A DNA stretch of 64,000 nucleotides from Pyrodictiaceae archaeon (GTDB lineage: Archaea; Thermoproteota; Thermoprotei_A; Sulfolobales; Pyrodictiaceae). The notes below the pieces were generated by a model, which ran no database searches, was not told the DNA's origin, and saw only the letters and a program-made list of their open reading frames with translations. Below are positions 54,470 through 64,000 of the stretch, one piece after another. The stretch spans positions 868,880 to 932,879 of the forward strand of contig JALVSY010000007.1 in the NCBI GenBank assembly GCA_027036135.1, read 5' to 3'. The position numbers were made by a program, and so were the translations under genes. The first letter of the stretch is position 1. Every line of letters starts with the position of its first letter.

Positions 54470-56935
54470 CCTTCGTCCTCGCAAAGCTTTCGCCCTAAGA
54501 TAGCTGAAAAAGCCTGGAACAAGGACTTAGAAAAACAACTTCTCGAGACATGGGATAGAGAAAAGCTCTATGAGTTCAAATTAACTGATGATAAGCCGAT
54601 ACTAGTGATAGATACTCCGCCACCGTATCCTAGTGGTAAGTGGCATGTAGGAGCGGCAGCACATTATGCACAGATAGACATGATTGCACGTTATTTTAGA
54701 ATGAAGGGATGGAGCGTATTCGTGCCCTGGTATGCTGACCGTAACGGATTACCCGTTGAAGTAGCCGTCGAGAAGAAGTACGGAGTAATAGCACACGAAA
54801 TGGCTAAAACGCCAGAGGGACGTGAGAAATTCCTCCAGCTCTGCAGCCAAGAACTAGACAAGATAGAGGCCGAGCATGTAAGGATATGGAGAAGGCTTGG
54901 TTGCAGTTTCACGTATCTACGGGACGGCACTGATAGCCCGGAATACCGAAAACTAACACAGACAACCTTCATCGAACTCTGGAAACGAGGCCTCATCTAT
55001 GAGGCAGAGAAGCCCGTTAACTGGTGTCCTCGCTGTCGTACAACGTTAAGCGAGGCGGAGATCGAGCACCGCGAAGAGGACACCTTCCTATACTATGTAA
55101 AGTGGCGCGTAAAGGAGACAGGCGAGGAAATAGTTATTGCAACGACAAGGCCGGAACTGATAGGAGCGGCTAGGGCAGTAATATTCAACCCTGAGGATAC
55201 ACGGTATAAGCGTCTCAAGGGCCTGCACGCAATAGTACCACTCTATGGATACGAAATCCCCATACTCGAACACCCAGCTGCTAAGCCAGAATTTGGTACC
55301 GGGCTTGTAATGATAAGTAGCTATGGTGACTGGATAGACGTACAAGTACTAAAGGAGCTAGGAATAGAGCCTCGCGTAATAATAAACCCTGACGGTACTA
55401 TGAATGAGAAAGCTGGCTTCCTAAAAGGCCTCCCAATAAGGGAAGCACGGCACAAAATAGTGGAGGAACTCAAAAAACAAGGTCTCATAGTGAGGAAGGA
55501 GAAACTAAGGCACAGCGTACCAATATGTTGGAGGTGCAAGACACCAATAGAGATCATTCATGTAAAGGAGTATTTCCTAAAACAACTCGAGTACAAGGAG
55601 GCATTAAAGAAGCTTGTAGAAAAAATACACTTCAAGCCAGAGAAACATCGACAAAAACTGCTTGACTGGATAGAGAGCTTATCTATGGACTGGCCCATAT
55701 CAAGGACACGCTATTACGGAACTGAGATACCACTATGGAGATGCCGACGCTGCGGAGCAAAACTAGTACCCGAACCAGGACGCTACTATAGGCCTTGGAA
55801 AGAGGAACCCCCCTGGGACAAATGCCCCAAATGCGGAGCACCAAAGGAAGAGCTCGAACCAGAGACCAGGGTGTTTGATACCTGGTTCGACTCTAGTATC
55901 AGCGTCCTCTATGCTTCTGGCTACTTAAGGAACATGAAGCTATTCGAGCGAGTATTCCCGACAAACGAAGAGCTACCCTATACCCTCAGACCCCAAGGCG
56001 TCGATATTATACGTACATGGCTATACTTCACAATACTAAGAGTATACCAGCTCCTCGGAAAACCAGCCTTCCGATGGATAAGAGTAACAGGTATGGGGCT
56101 TGACCCTAAAGGCCGCGCTATGCACAAGAGCCTAGGAAACATAATTGACCCTGAACCATATCTTGAGCGATACGGAGCCGACCCGTTCCGGTTCTGGGCA
56201 GCTGCGGCAGCAAAGCTAGGCGATGATTACCGCTTCAGCGAGCAGGTACTCAAAACAGGTAAGCTATTCCTAACAAAACTATGGAATATTTCGCGGTTCG
56301 TATCAAGCTTCCCGAGACCAGAGAATAACTACAAGCTTAGGCCGATTGACCTAGTGTTCTTGAGCGAGCTCAACAAATTAATCAAGGAGGTAGACTATTA
56401 TTACGGAGTAGAGCTAGACGTTCATCAACCAATAAACCTACTATACAACTATACCTGGAACGTATTCGCATCACACTACATCGAGCTTGTAAAGACAAGA
56501 GCCTATAACAGAGAAAACGAATTCAGCGAAGAGGAACAAAGAGCTGCTTGGTACACATTACACACCATTCTAGACGCTCTTCTCAGAATGCTAGCACCAA
56601 TACTACCCTTCATAACAGACGCCTTGTATAGAAGACTCTATGGCGAATCTGTCCACAAACAAACATTCCCACAACCAAACAAGGAATGGGATACACCCCA
56701 CGCAGCAATGCTGAGTAAGATACTTGAGATCAATAGCGCTATATGGACCTGGAAGAAGAAGAACGGGCTAAAACTCAGCGAGAGAGTAGACACTTACCGA
56801 GTCCACGTAGGTAAGGAATTCGAGCCTTACCTCAAGGATCTATCACTTATGCACAAAATAGAGATAACAACAGAGCCACCGCCCAGCAGCGCAGAGGAAA
56901 TCGCAAAAAGCATTTTCATTGCACAGAAACAATAA
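54470..56935 (+). CDS. valS: Valyl-tRNA synthetase (start codon unclear)
   Basis: DTPPP..SG.WHVG, ATTRPE, DWPISR, DTWFDS, AMHKS; frame open from 54470. Confidence 0.93.
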   Translation, partial: PSSSQSFRPKIAEKAWNKDLEKQLLETWDREKLYEFKLTDDKPILVIDTPPPYPSGKWHVGAAAHYAQIDMIARYFRMKGWSVFVPWYADRNGLPVEVAVEKKYGVIAHEMAKTPEGREKFLQLCSQELDKIEAEHVRIWRRLGCSFTYLRDGTDSPEYRKLTQTTFIELWKRGLIYEAEKPVNWCPRCRTTLSEAEIEHREEDTFLYYVKWRVKETGEEIVIATTRPELIGAARAVIFNPEDTRYKRLKGLHAIVPLYGYEIPILEHPAAKPEFGTGLVMISSYGDWIDVQVLKELGIEPRVIINPDGTMNEKAGFLKGLPIREARHKIVEELKKQGLIVRKEKLRHSVPICWRCKTPIEIIHVKEYFLKQLEYKEALKKLVEKIHFKPEKHRQKLLDWIESLSMDWPISRTRYYGTEIPLWRCRRCGAKLVPEPGRYYRPWKEEPPWDKCPKCGAPKEELEPETRVFDTWFDSSISVLYASGYLRNMKLFERVFPTNEELPYTLRPQGVDIIRTWLYFTILRVYQLLGKPAFRWIRVTGMGLDPKGRAMHKSLGNIIDPEPYLERYGADPFRFWAAAAAKLGDDYRFSEQVLKTGKLFLTKLWNISRFVSSFPRPENNYKLRPIDLVFLSELNKLIKEVDYYYGVELDVHQPINLLYNYTWNVFASHYIELVKTRAYNRENEFSEEEQRAAWYTLHTILDALLRMLAPILPFITDALYRRLYGESVHKQTFPQPNKEWDTPHAAMLSKILEINSAIWTWKKKNGLKLSERVDTYRVHVGKEFEPYLKDLSLMHKIEITTEPPPSSAEEIAKSIFIAQKQ

Positions 56936-56964
56936 GCTCCTTTTTCACTAATCCCGTACTACCT

Positions 56965-57020
56965 GGAGTGATGCTGAGCAACCATAGCTGACTAGGTGAT
57001 GTATCGGATTTCGGCTGAGC
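56965..57020 (+). ncRNA. Box C/D sRNA
   Basis: C GTGATGC 56968, D' CTGA 56988, C' GTGATGT 56996, D CTGA 57015; guides of 12-13 nt. Confidence 0.75.
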
Positions 57021-57058
57021 ATAACGCGTACTATATAAGACGCTTTTCCACATCCTAT

Positions 57059-57125
57059 ACCGGACCCGCGACACCCGGGGCAGGCCGCCGATAGGCGGAG
57101 CAATGAACCCGGGGCTCCCGGCCTT
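57059..57125 (+). ncRNA. GC-rich structured intergenic RNA candidate
   Basis: GC-rich stem-forming tract ~20 bp after TATATAAG. Confidence 0.35.
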
Positions 57126-57230
57126 CAACTCACTTATCTCCGACTCGTTCTCATGCTCGATGATATCTTCTAGGAACAACACTTATGAGCCAAGTCTATA
57201 CGTGAGGACTAAGTCCTGTGGTGGGCTACT

Positions 57231-57815
57231 GTGAGCAGCTTATCCAGGCTAGAAAGGCTTGTTGAAGCACTAAAGTCAACCCCTCGTACTGGCTGGATGT
57301 TGCGTGGCGTGCCCGCAGCAATAGCTGAATCTATAGCCGAGCACATGAACGAAGCAAGTCTAATAGCCCTTGTTCTTGGAGATGAGCTAAGGAAAAAAGG
57401 AGTAAACATTGATATATACTATGCAGCAGCGATTGCGACAGCACACGACGTTTCAGAGGCAATTATAGGTGACCTGGTCAAGCTCGTAACAGACCTAATA
57501 GGCAAAGAAGTAAAAGAATCCATAGAGCTTCATGCACTCAGAAGCTATGTTGGCGACACCATACTTGCTAACCTAGTAAGGGACTACGTTGAACAAGAGA
57601 AAATAGAGGCTAAACTAGCAAAGCTATCTGAGCAGCTAGCAACGCTTTTACAGGGATTAAGATATTACCGCCAAGGCTACGACGTCTCGGAGATAATTTG
57701 CTCTATGAGCGAAAGCGTAGAGAAAATGACACAGAGCGAGCCGTTTTCCCTAATACGCGAAGAATTAGAATTAATAATTAATAAATCAAGAGAAATATGC
57801 AAGAAGAATGACTAA
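57231..57815 (+). CDS. HD-domain hydrolase (YfbR-like 5'-deoxynucleotidase)
   Basis: RTGW, ESIAEH, AHDVSEAIIGD. Confidence 0.88.
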   Translation: MSSLSRLERLVEALKSTPRTGWMLRGVPAAIAESIAEHMNEASLIALVLGDELRKKGVNIDIYYAAAIATAHDVSEAIIGDLVKLVTDLIGKEVKESIELHALRSYVGDTILANLVRDYVEQEKIEAKLAKLSEQLATLLQGLRYYRQGYDVSEIICSMSESVEKMTQSEPFSLIREELELIINKSREICKKND

Positions 57816-58417
57816 ACAAACAGCATCAACATTTCCTAGCACTAGCTCTAACTTTCAAAAAGAGAAAGACTACTCTATATATAATACTAAAGCGGTAATC
57901 AAAAATAAATTCCGAATATTTACAGGCGAAGAGGCCCTTGCTCCAAGGCTTGTATGCCCTTTTCCTGAGAAGCATAGATGTGTTTCAGTAAACTATATTA
58001 CTAATAGATTTATGTTAAAGCTAATCTATTAACCTTGACCAGCATGCATGAAAAGAGTTTACACCGAGATTAGGCGATATATCTTCGTATATTGAGAGAG
58101 ACAGGCGATGAGAGAATAGCGTGTTTGACGCGTTAATAGCATTTATCTATATAATAGTGTGAAAAATGATGTGCAGGATAGATCTATTCATCTAGCGTAT
58201 GGACTATGCTTGTAGACTAGTTAAGGATAAGCTGCATCGGCTGTATCATGTATTTTGAAACTATATCATATTATGGTTATAAAGGATCATAACCAGGAAG
58301 ACTATAATGTTGCTATATATTTGTAGAATATGATAACAAATAACGATTTTCTTATGATATGAACTAGCTCTATTGCAGTTATACTGTTTATACATGAAAA
58401 CGGGGGTAGCGCAAATA
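57816..58417. other. AT-rich non-coding region sharing motifs with 24920-25610; candidate chromosomal origin
   Basis: Minus-strand TAAACAGTATAACT, TCATCGCCTGT, ATATCGCCTAA, TCTTCGCCTGT. Confidence 0.4.
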
Positions 58418-59077
58418 CTAGGTACGAAGTGGCGGTTTAAGAACCTCTTGTAAGCTATGTACATCTATTCCCACTTCATAGGCTTTCACGATAGTGATTA
58501 TGGAGGGTTCATTTATTTCTGCTCCGAGTTTCTTTGCTAAAACAGATAGAGCGTATGCGAAGAGTGCTAGGCGTCCCCATATGCGCTTTGACGTGATTTT
58601 TTGTAAGAGTTTGTTCAGTCTTGCTAACAGGTACCGTGCTATTCTTCTCCTTGCCTCCTTGCTGCTTAGCGCGACTAAGATTCCCCGCGCTCTTGCTTCC
58701 CTATAAGCGCCCCGGGTAATTCTTCTACGAGTTATGTACAAGTATAATGTATCAGCGGAGATGAATTCACTTCCCCTTAGTTTTTCAACTTCCCTTGCAA
58801 GTCTCCTGGCCCGCCGGAGTAGCTGTGAAGGCGAGGTTGCCCGTGATTCCTGTGTACTAATGTACAATGCAATGATCAGCGGGTTATGCGAGAAAATATC
58901 GAGAAGTACTATGTGGACACGCTTATCCGTTGTCGAGTATACCTTGGTTCTTGTTATGTGGAGTCTTGCTAGCTCAGCTACCTGTAATAGTCTCCTAGCA
59001 CCACCTAGTATTGGAAAGAGAACCCTATTTGCCTCGCTCAGTGCTAGTTCACGTCGCTGTAGCTCTGTTAGAGCCAA
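58418..59077 (-). CDS. Basic uncharacterised protein, homolog of element ORF 24329-24919
   Basis: STTDKRVHIV...PLIIALYISTQESR...DTLY aligns with STKDLRVHVV...PLILALYATTEESR...DTLY. Confidence 0.75.
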   Translation of the reverse strand: MALTELQRRELALSEANRVLFPILGGARRLLQVAELARLHITRTKVYSTTDKRVHIVLLDIFSHNPLIIALYISTQESRATSPSQLLRRARRLAREVEKLRGSEFISADTLYLYITRRRITRGAYREARARGILVALSSKEARRRIARYLLARLNKLLQKITSKRIWGRLALFAYALSVLAKKLGAEINEPSIITIVKAYEVGIDVHSLQEVLKPPLRT

Positions 59078-59354
59078 TGTTGCCGACCCTCTTTCAGATA
59101 GCGCTGAAACAGCCTAGGCCATGTAGAACCATGTTCCCGAATAGTGTTTGAAAGGCATTGTTACATTATAGTCTACACAGGAGATAAATCATGTGGAGAC
59201 AAGAGGCTGTGAGTACAGGGTAGCACGTATCGCTCGTAATGAGCTTCCTGAGTCGAGGAAAGCAATGCAACTATTATGGAGTCGCGGAGCATGTATTAAT
59301 CCTCTAAAGGCTCTGCCTGACAGGCGAGAGAAATTGATGTACTACATATCGTGA

Positions 59355-59422
59355 GAAGCGATGAGGATAGGACCACGGACGGAGGCCCCGCGGCTGATGA
59401 AGAAACCCTGCATCGCTGAGTG
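59355..59422 (+). ncRNA. Box C/D sRNA candidate
   Basis: GCGATGA 59358, internal CTGATGA 59394, terminal CTGA 59416. Confidence 0.55.
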
Positions 59423-59525
59423 CATAAATTAAGCTATGAGAAGCTGTGGAGCATTTTGTTGAGCAAAAGGATGTCAAAATCTGTAAAGGATAAATGAAGA
59501 TTAGAGGGATCAAGCGTTTGTGAGG

Positions 59526-59655
59526 CGGCCCGATCCCAGCTTGGGGGAGCTGCGGGGCCTCGCGGACCCCACAGCTACCCCCAACGCGGCCGGCTTAACT
59601 TCCGGGTTCGACAAGAGTCCGGGTGTTGCCCGGCCGCTATGGCCGGGTCGGGCCG
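59526..59655 (-). rRNA. rrf: 5S rRNA
   Basis: CGGCCATAGCGGCCGGGCAACACCCGGACTC...GAACCCGGAAGTTAAGCCG; paired termini. Confidence 0.95.
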
Positions 59656-59793
59656 TGTTTAACGCTCTATGCTTATCGGGGTTCTTATACATTTCATTAA
59701 ATTCGTTGGACGGGTAGATTCCTTGTATTGATGAGCGTTACTTGTTTATTATCTTCCCTCGCATATATGTGCATGTGAACTCGGGGTCTTAGT

Positions 59794-60699
59794 ATGGATG
59801 AGGAGGTTCTTAGGAAGTATATTGAGGCGGGTCGTATAGCTAGGATTGTTAGGGAGGAGGCTGCTAAGCGTATTGAGCCAGGGGTATCTGTTTACGAGTT
59901 TTGTGAATGGGTCGAGAACAGGATCGCTGAGCTTGGTGGGAGGCCTGCTTTTCCCTGTAACTTGTCTATTAACGAGGTTGCTGCCCATTATACGCCGCTT
60001 ATAGGTGATGAGCTGAGGGTTCCGGACGAGTCTGTTGTAAAGATAGACTTAGGCGTGCACGTTGATGGATATATTGCTGATACTGCTGTAACGGTTAGTT
60101 TCAGTGATAAGTGGGATACTTTGCTCGAGGCAGTGCGCGACGCTCTCGAGAAAGCGCTAGGAATAGTATCTCCAGATACTAAATTCTCTGAGGTCGGTCG
60201 AGTAATAGAGTCTACCATAAAGGCTTACGGGTTTAAGCCTATTAGTAACCTTGGTGGACATAGTCTTGCAAGGTACACTATACACGCTGGAGAAAGCATT
60301 CCTAACGTATACGAGCCCTTCCTTCGAGGTAAATTCGGAAAAGGTAAGGCATACGCTATAGAACCTTTTGGAACTAATGGTGCGGGTAGTGTAAGAGAGG
60401 GCGATATTATAGCTATTTATGCCCTTATTAGACCTAATCTTAGGAGAAGGCTTAATGAGTTGCAGAAAAGGGTACTCAATGCTATAAAGGAGCGCTTCAA
60501 GACCCTCCCCTTTGCCGAGAGATGGCTCAAAGACATAGCACAGGTTGATGAGCTCCGCAGGGCTCTGAGGAGGCTTGCCAGCATGGGGTTCCTTGTCCAG
60601 TATCCAGTGCTTATCGAGAAAAGTAGAGGCATGGTAGCACAGTTTGAACATACACTTGTAATAACGAACGAGGGCGATGTAATAGTTACTACAAGGTAA
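59794..60699 (+). CDS. map: Methionine aminopeptidase type II
   Basis: AFP, AAHYTP, KIDLGVHVDGYIAD, GHS, AIEP, QFEHT. Confidence 0.95.
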   Translation: MDEEVLRKYIEAGRIARIVREEAAKRIEPGVSVYEFCEWVENRIAELGGRPAFPCNLSINEVAAHYTPLIGDELRVPDESVVKIDLGVHVDGYIADTAVTVSFSDKWDTLLEAVRDALEKALGIVSPDTKFSEVGRVIESTIKAYGFKPISNLGGHSLARYTIHAGESIPNVYEPFLRGKFGKGKAYAIEPFGTNGAGSVREGDIIAIYALIRPNLRRRLNELQKRVLNAIKERFKTLPFAERWLKDIAQVDELRRALRRLASMGFLVQYPVLIEKSRGMVAQFEHTLVITNEGDVIVTTR

Positions 60700-60792
60700 T
60701 GTGGCTAGAAGAATTTTTGAGTGGTTTTCTGCTTCCCGGTTTCTGATGAGAAGAGTACGCTAAGCGGCGAGTAATCGTTAGGTGCGACAACC

Positions 60793-61938
60793 ATGGCTAA
60801 TGCCACTTCGCCGTGGTTCGGCGGCGGCTCCGACCTGGCTACATGGATAATAGCCATAAGCATCCTTATATCAACGATTCTCTCTATATTCGCGTTCCTC
60901 GGAGTCGCACAGGGATTTCAGCTACGTATATGGAAGGCCCAGATAGAGTCCAAGCTACGTATCCTTGAGAGTTATCGTGACGAGGTACGTGACGAGGTAC
61001 GCAAGCGCCTCGAAAAGCTCGGGGCAAGGAACGTAGAGGAGGTACTTAGTACAGCGCTTGATTACTTCGTTATAAGCCCCGTAAGCATAGAGCCCACCGA
61101 CATAATCAAGCGTCTGGAGAGAGTTCTCCGCACGGAGGAGGAGCGCCTCGAGGCGCTTGTTGCACGTAGCCTCGGATCCCGGGCCGATGAAGTCGTGATC
61201 AAGAATGCTGTTACGTTGCTCGCTATAGCTAACGCGCTGAACATATTGTATAAATATATTCGTCACATCTTATTGACTGGTATAAAGACGCGTAACGCGC
61301 TACTAGTAGCACAGCTATGGATGCTTCTCCCCTTCTACATGAGAATAGCAAAAGCCTATTATGATGCCTCCAAGGTAATAGCAAAGGGGATACCAATAGG
61401 TGATGCAGCAGGCCCATTAGCAGCCTACAAATTGATGAGAATGCTTCCACGTATCGAAGGCCCTATAGAAATAACTAAGGATACTATATATAGTATTCAT
61501 GAGTATGAGAATAGGAGAATTATAGTTGTGAAAGCCAAGGGGCCAGGAAGCACGGTTGGACGCCCAGGGGAAGCTGTCGAGAAGATAGTGGAAACCTTGT
61601 CGCCAAGCAGTATTGCCTCCATAATAACTATTGACGCTGCTCTCAAAATGGAGGGGGAACCCACAGGCTCTATAGCTGAAGGCACAGGTGTAGCCATGGG
61701 GGACCCGGGCCCCGAGAAAATAAGGATAGAGAGAATCGCTGTAAGGCACAAAATACCGCTCTACGCTATAGCCATCAAGATGGGATTAGAGGAAGCAATA
61801 ACAGCTATTAAGAAAGAAATAGTTGAAGGAGTAGAAAAAGCAGTAGAGCATGCGAAGAGACTAATAATAGAGGAGACGAGGCCTGGTGACACAATCATAG
61901 TTGTGGGTGTAGGCAACACACTTGGTGTCGCACAATAA
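60793..61938 (+). CDS. DUF1512-like conserved archaeal membrane protein
   Basis: N-terminal TM; PIGD..GPL, IDAALKMEGE, GVGNTLGVAQ. Confidence 0.75.
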   Translation: MANATSPWFGGGSDLATWIIAISILISTILSIFAFLGVAQGFQLRIWKAQIESKLRILESYRDEVRDEVRKRLEKLGARNVEEVLSTALDYFVISPVSIEPTDIIKRLERVLRTEEERLEALVARSLGSRADEVVIKNAVTLLAIANALNILYKYIRHILLTGIKTRNALLVAQLWMLLPFYMRIAKAYYDASKVIAKGIPIGDAAGPLAAYKLMRMLPRIEGPIEITKDTIYSIHEYENRRIIVVKAKGPGSTVGRPGEAVEKIVETLSPSSIASIITIDAALKMEGEPTGSIAEGTGVAMGDPGPEKIRIERIAVRHKIPLYAIAIKMGLEEAITAIKKEIVEGVEKAVEHAKRLIIEETRPGDTIIVVGVGNTLGVAQ

Positions 61939-61952
61939 GAGGTGGCAAGGTA

Positions 61953-62327
61953 TTGAACCTAGACCTATACACCCTCTACATGTTATCCATGGTTATTTTG
62001 TCGATAGCTATGGTTGTCTACATGGTATTCGCTACACTGGGATCCCGTGGTAAACGAGAACCAGAGAAAAAAGTCGTAACCGTTCTACGTTGCCCCAGAT
62101 GCGGATATACCAAAACGCGAGATTTTAGAGAAGGAGACTATGTAGGCAAAGTCGTTGACGAGGTTTGCCCTAAGTGTGGCATCAGCCTCGTGGTTGATGC
62201 AATATACGAGGAAAGCATTACCAGCTTAAACCAAGTGCTAAGAAATAAGCGCAAGCAAGAAGGAGCTAGAAAAACCAGTAGCCAGTTAAAAGGTCTTACT
62301 AGGATTTGTTGTGCGCTACGTAGGTAA
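61953..62327 (+). CDS. Membrane-anchored zinc-ribbon protein
   Basis: TM, CPRC...FREGDYV...CPKC. Confidence 0.75.
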   Translation: MNLDLYTLYMLSMVILSIAMVVYMVFATLGSRGKREPEKKVVTVLRCPRCGYTKTRDFREGDYVGKVVDEVCPKCGISLVVDAIYEESITSLNQVLRNKRKQEGARKTSSQLKGLTRICCALRR

Positions 62328-62418
62328 CTTGTTTAAGGCTTATCCGAGACTCTTTATCCCAGAAGACTCGGGGAAGCGTGTACCTGTTCTCTACTATTAA
62401 GCAGCGGAGGTGTGCGCC

Positions 62419-63108
62419 ATGGGATATGTCAGGTGGCTTGGCCATGCCACGTTCGAGGTAGAACTCGATGGCTACCTGGTACTAATTGATCCTTGGCTCA
62501 CTAATCCAGCATCACCAGTTAGCATCGAGGAATACAAGGACAAAGTAGATCTAATCATAGTTACGCATGATCATGGTGACCACTTGGGTGAAGCCGTTGA
62601 GCTAATGAAGCTTAACCCCAAGGCGAGGCTTGCAGCAGTCTATGAGATAGCGAATGACGTTGCAGCGAAGCTTGGCCAATCGGAGAGTAATAGGGTCATT
62701 GGTGCTAATATAGGTGGGCCCCTCAAGATGGACCTAGACCTTAAGGTGCTCTTTACTCCGGCTGCTCATAGCTCTGAGAAAGGTGTGCCAACGGGGGTAG
62801 TGATTATTGGTAAAGAGGCAACGATATATCATGCTGGCGATACAGGGCTTATAGCAGAGATGCAGTTCATAGGCGAACTCTATAAGCCCGATATAGCTAT
62901 GCTGCCTATAGGTGGCCATTTCACCATGGATGAAGTGCAAGCGGCTAAGGCCGTTGAGCTGATAAAGCCGAAAGTAGCCATACCTATGCACTACAACACG
63001 TTCCCGGTTATACAAGCTGACCCAGAGAAGTTCAAGAAGCTCGTAGAAGAAAAAGGGCTAGGTACAAAGGTTGTTATACTGAAGCCCGGCGAGAAGTATA
63101 GTTTCTAG
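62419..63108 (+). CDS. Metallo-beta-lactamase-fold hydrolase (UPF0173)
   Basis: WLGHA, IDPW, THDHGDH, HAGDT, IPMHY. Confidence 0.9.
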   Translation: MGYVRWLGHATFEVELDGYLVLIDPWLTNPASPVSIEEYKDKVDLIIVTHDHGDHLGEAVELMKLNPKARLAAVYEIANDVAAKLGQSESNRVIGANIGGPLKMDLDLKVLFTPAAHSSEKGVPTGVVIIGKEATIYHAGDTGLIAEMQFIGELYKPDIAMLPIGGHFTMDEVQAAKAVELIKPKVAIPMHYNTFPVIQADPEKFKKLVEEKGLGTKVVILKPGEKYSF

Positions 63109-63233
63109 CAAGAGGAGTACATGGATAACTCTCTTTTTCATTACTAGGTCTCCGGCTATGTTTCGGTTCTTTCCTTGTATAGATTTATTTAAAAGGAGTA
63201 GTAGTCCTGGCCATAGTTGATGGGGCCACTATT

Positions 63234-64000
63234 TTGGCGCGAATCTCTGTATCGGAGTCTGAGTATCAGCTGTTAAGACTATTGGAAAAGAAGGGTATAA
63301 AGCCAGGCAAGGAGTATAGCACCGACGAGATCGCTGACATGATTGGAATGAGTCGTAGTAGTATTGAGGCGCTTCTTCGGCTTCTTGCATCAAAGGGGCT
63401 TGTTGAGCTAAGAGAACGCGTTGTTGAGGAATATGTGTTAACCGATGAGGCGAGAAAATACCTTGAGGAAGGGTTTCCAGAGGAGAAACTAGTACGATTG
63501 CTCGTAAGAGCAGGTGGTGAACTAGGTGTTGAGGAGGTTAATAAGGTACTCGGCAAAGAGGCTGGTATAGCTTTAGCCAATGCATCTAGGAAGGGATGGG
63601 TTAAGATCCAGGCTGGAAAAGTCGTACTGGTTATTGATCCTTCCAGAGCCGTCGCAGAAGAAAGAGCAGCTCTGGAGAAAATAATGCGGGGCGAGCGGCT
63701 TAGTCAGCAAGAGCTACGAATGCTTCGTAGAAGAAAACTAGTTGACGTAAAGCGTAAGAGAATCACCCTATTCTCTTTACCAAAAAGCGTCCCAGAACTC
63801 CTTAGCTCCGTCGTGGTTGAGGTCGGAGCCTTAACAAGGGAACTAATTGAGAGTGGTCGTTGGCGCAAAGTAAGACTTAGAGAATACGACGTCAGAGCCC
63901 AGCCCCCTAAGAGGCTTCCTGGAAGACTCAACTTCTTCGCACAGTTCATAGAACATATACGAGATATAATGAAGGAGCTAGGTTTTACAGAGATAGAGGC
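63234..64000 (+). CDS. pheS: Phenylalanyl-tRNA synthetase alpha subunit, 5' part (truncated by window end)
   Basis: My translation from TTG 63234 gives YLEEGFPEE...LTRELI.SG.W...EYDV...MKELGFTEI. Confidence 0.88.
   Translation, partial: MARISVSESEYQLLRLLEKKGIKPGKEYSTDEIADMIGMSRSSIEALLRLLASKGLVELRERVVEEYVLTDEARKYLEEGFPEEKLVRLLVRAGGELGVEEVNKVLGKEAGIALANASRKGWVKIQAGKVVLVIDPSRAVAEERAALEKIMRGERLSQQELRMLRRRKLVDVKRKRITLFSLPKSVPELLSSVVVEVGALTRELIESGRWRKVRLREYDVRAQPPKRLPGRLNFFAQFIEHIRDIMKELGFTEIE

Noticed and set aside
60742-60790. Possible C/D sRNA starting CTGATGA
   Set aside because: No convincing D or D' boxes.

Overview
This window looks like the chromosome of a hyperthermophilic crenarchaeon (Desulfurococcales/Pyrodictiaceae-like; inferred from Cren7, an intron-containing tRNA-Trp, a free-standing 5S rRNA gene and box C/D sRNAs). 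Positions 1-17.4 kb hold housekeeping genes (gdhA 3' end, glyoxylate reductase, dUTPase/dCTP deaminase, QueD, KaiC-like ATPase, class II RNR, ThyX, VapBC, AglH-like) and a multiply frameshifted amino-acid ABC operon. Positions 17465-52851 are a ~35.3-kb integrated conjugative element in tRNA-Asn(GTT), bounded by 52-bp direct repeats, with an intact pNOB8-type tyrosine integrase. It carries VirB4/VirB2/VirB6-like genes, a VirD4-like ATPase fused to a PD-(D/E)XK domain, a type IV pilus module, an IS607 (TnpA+TnpB), several toxin-antitoxin-like pairs, three tandem AbrB-like paralogs and a TGT/DpdA-like plus ArcS-like pair suggesting 7-deazaguanine DNA modification. Positions 52.9-64 kb hold tRNA-Trp, Cren7, valS, 5S rRNA, map and pheS. 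The most notable observation is an unknown basic protein of the element (24329-24919) with a clear homolog in the host backbone (58418-59077). Both are followed by long non-coding regions sharing the same ordered DNA motifs, making this a candidate new initiator+origin (or protein+ncRNA) module. All family calls come from motif recognition by eye; no database searches were run.
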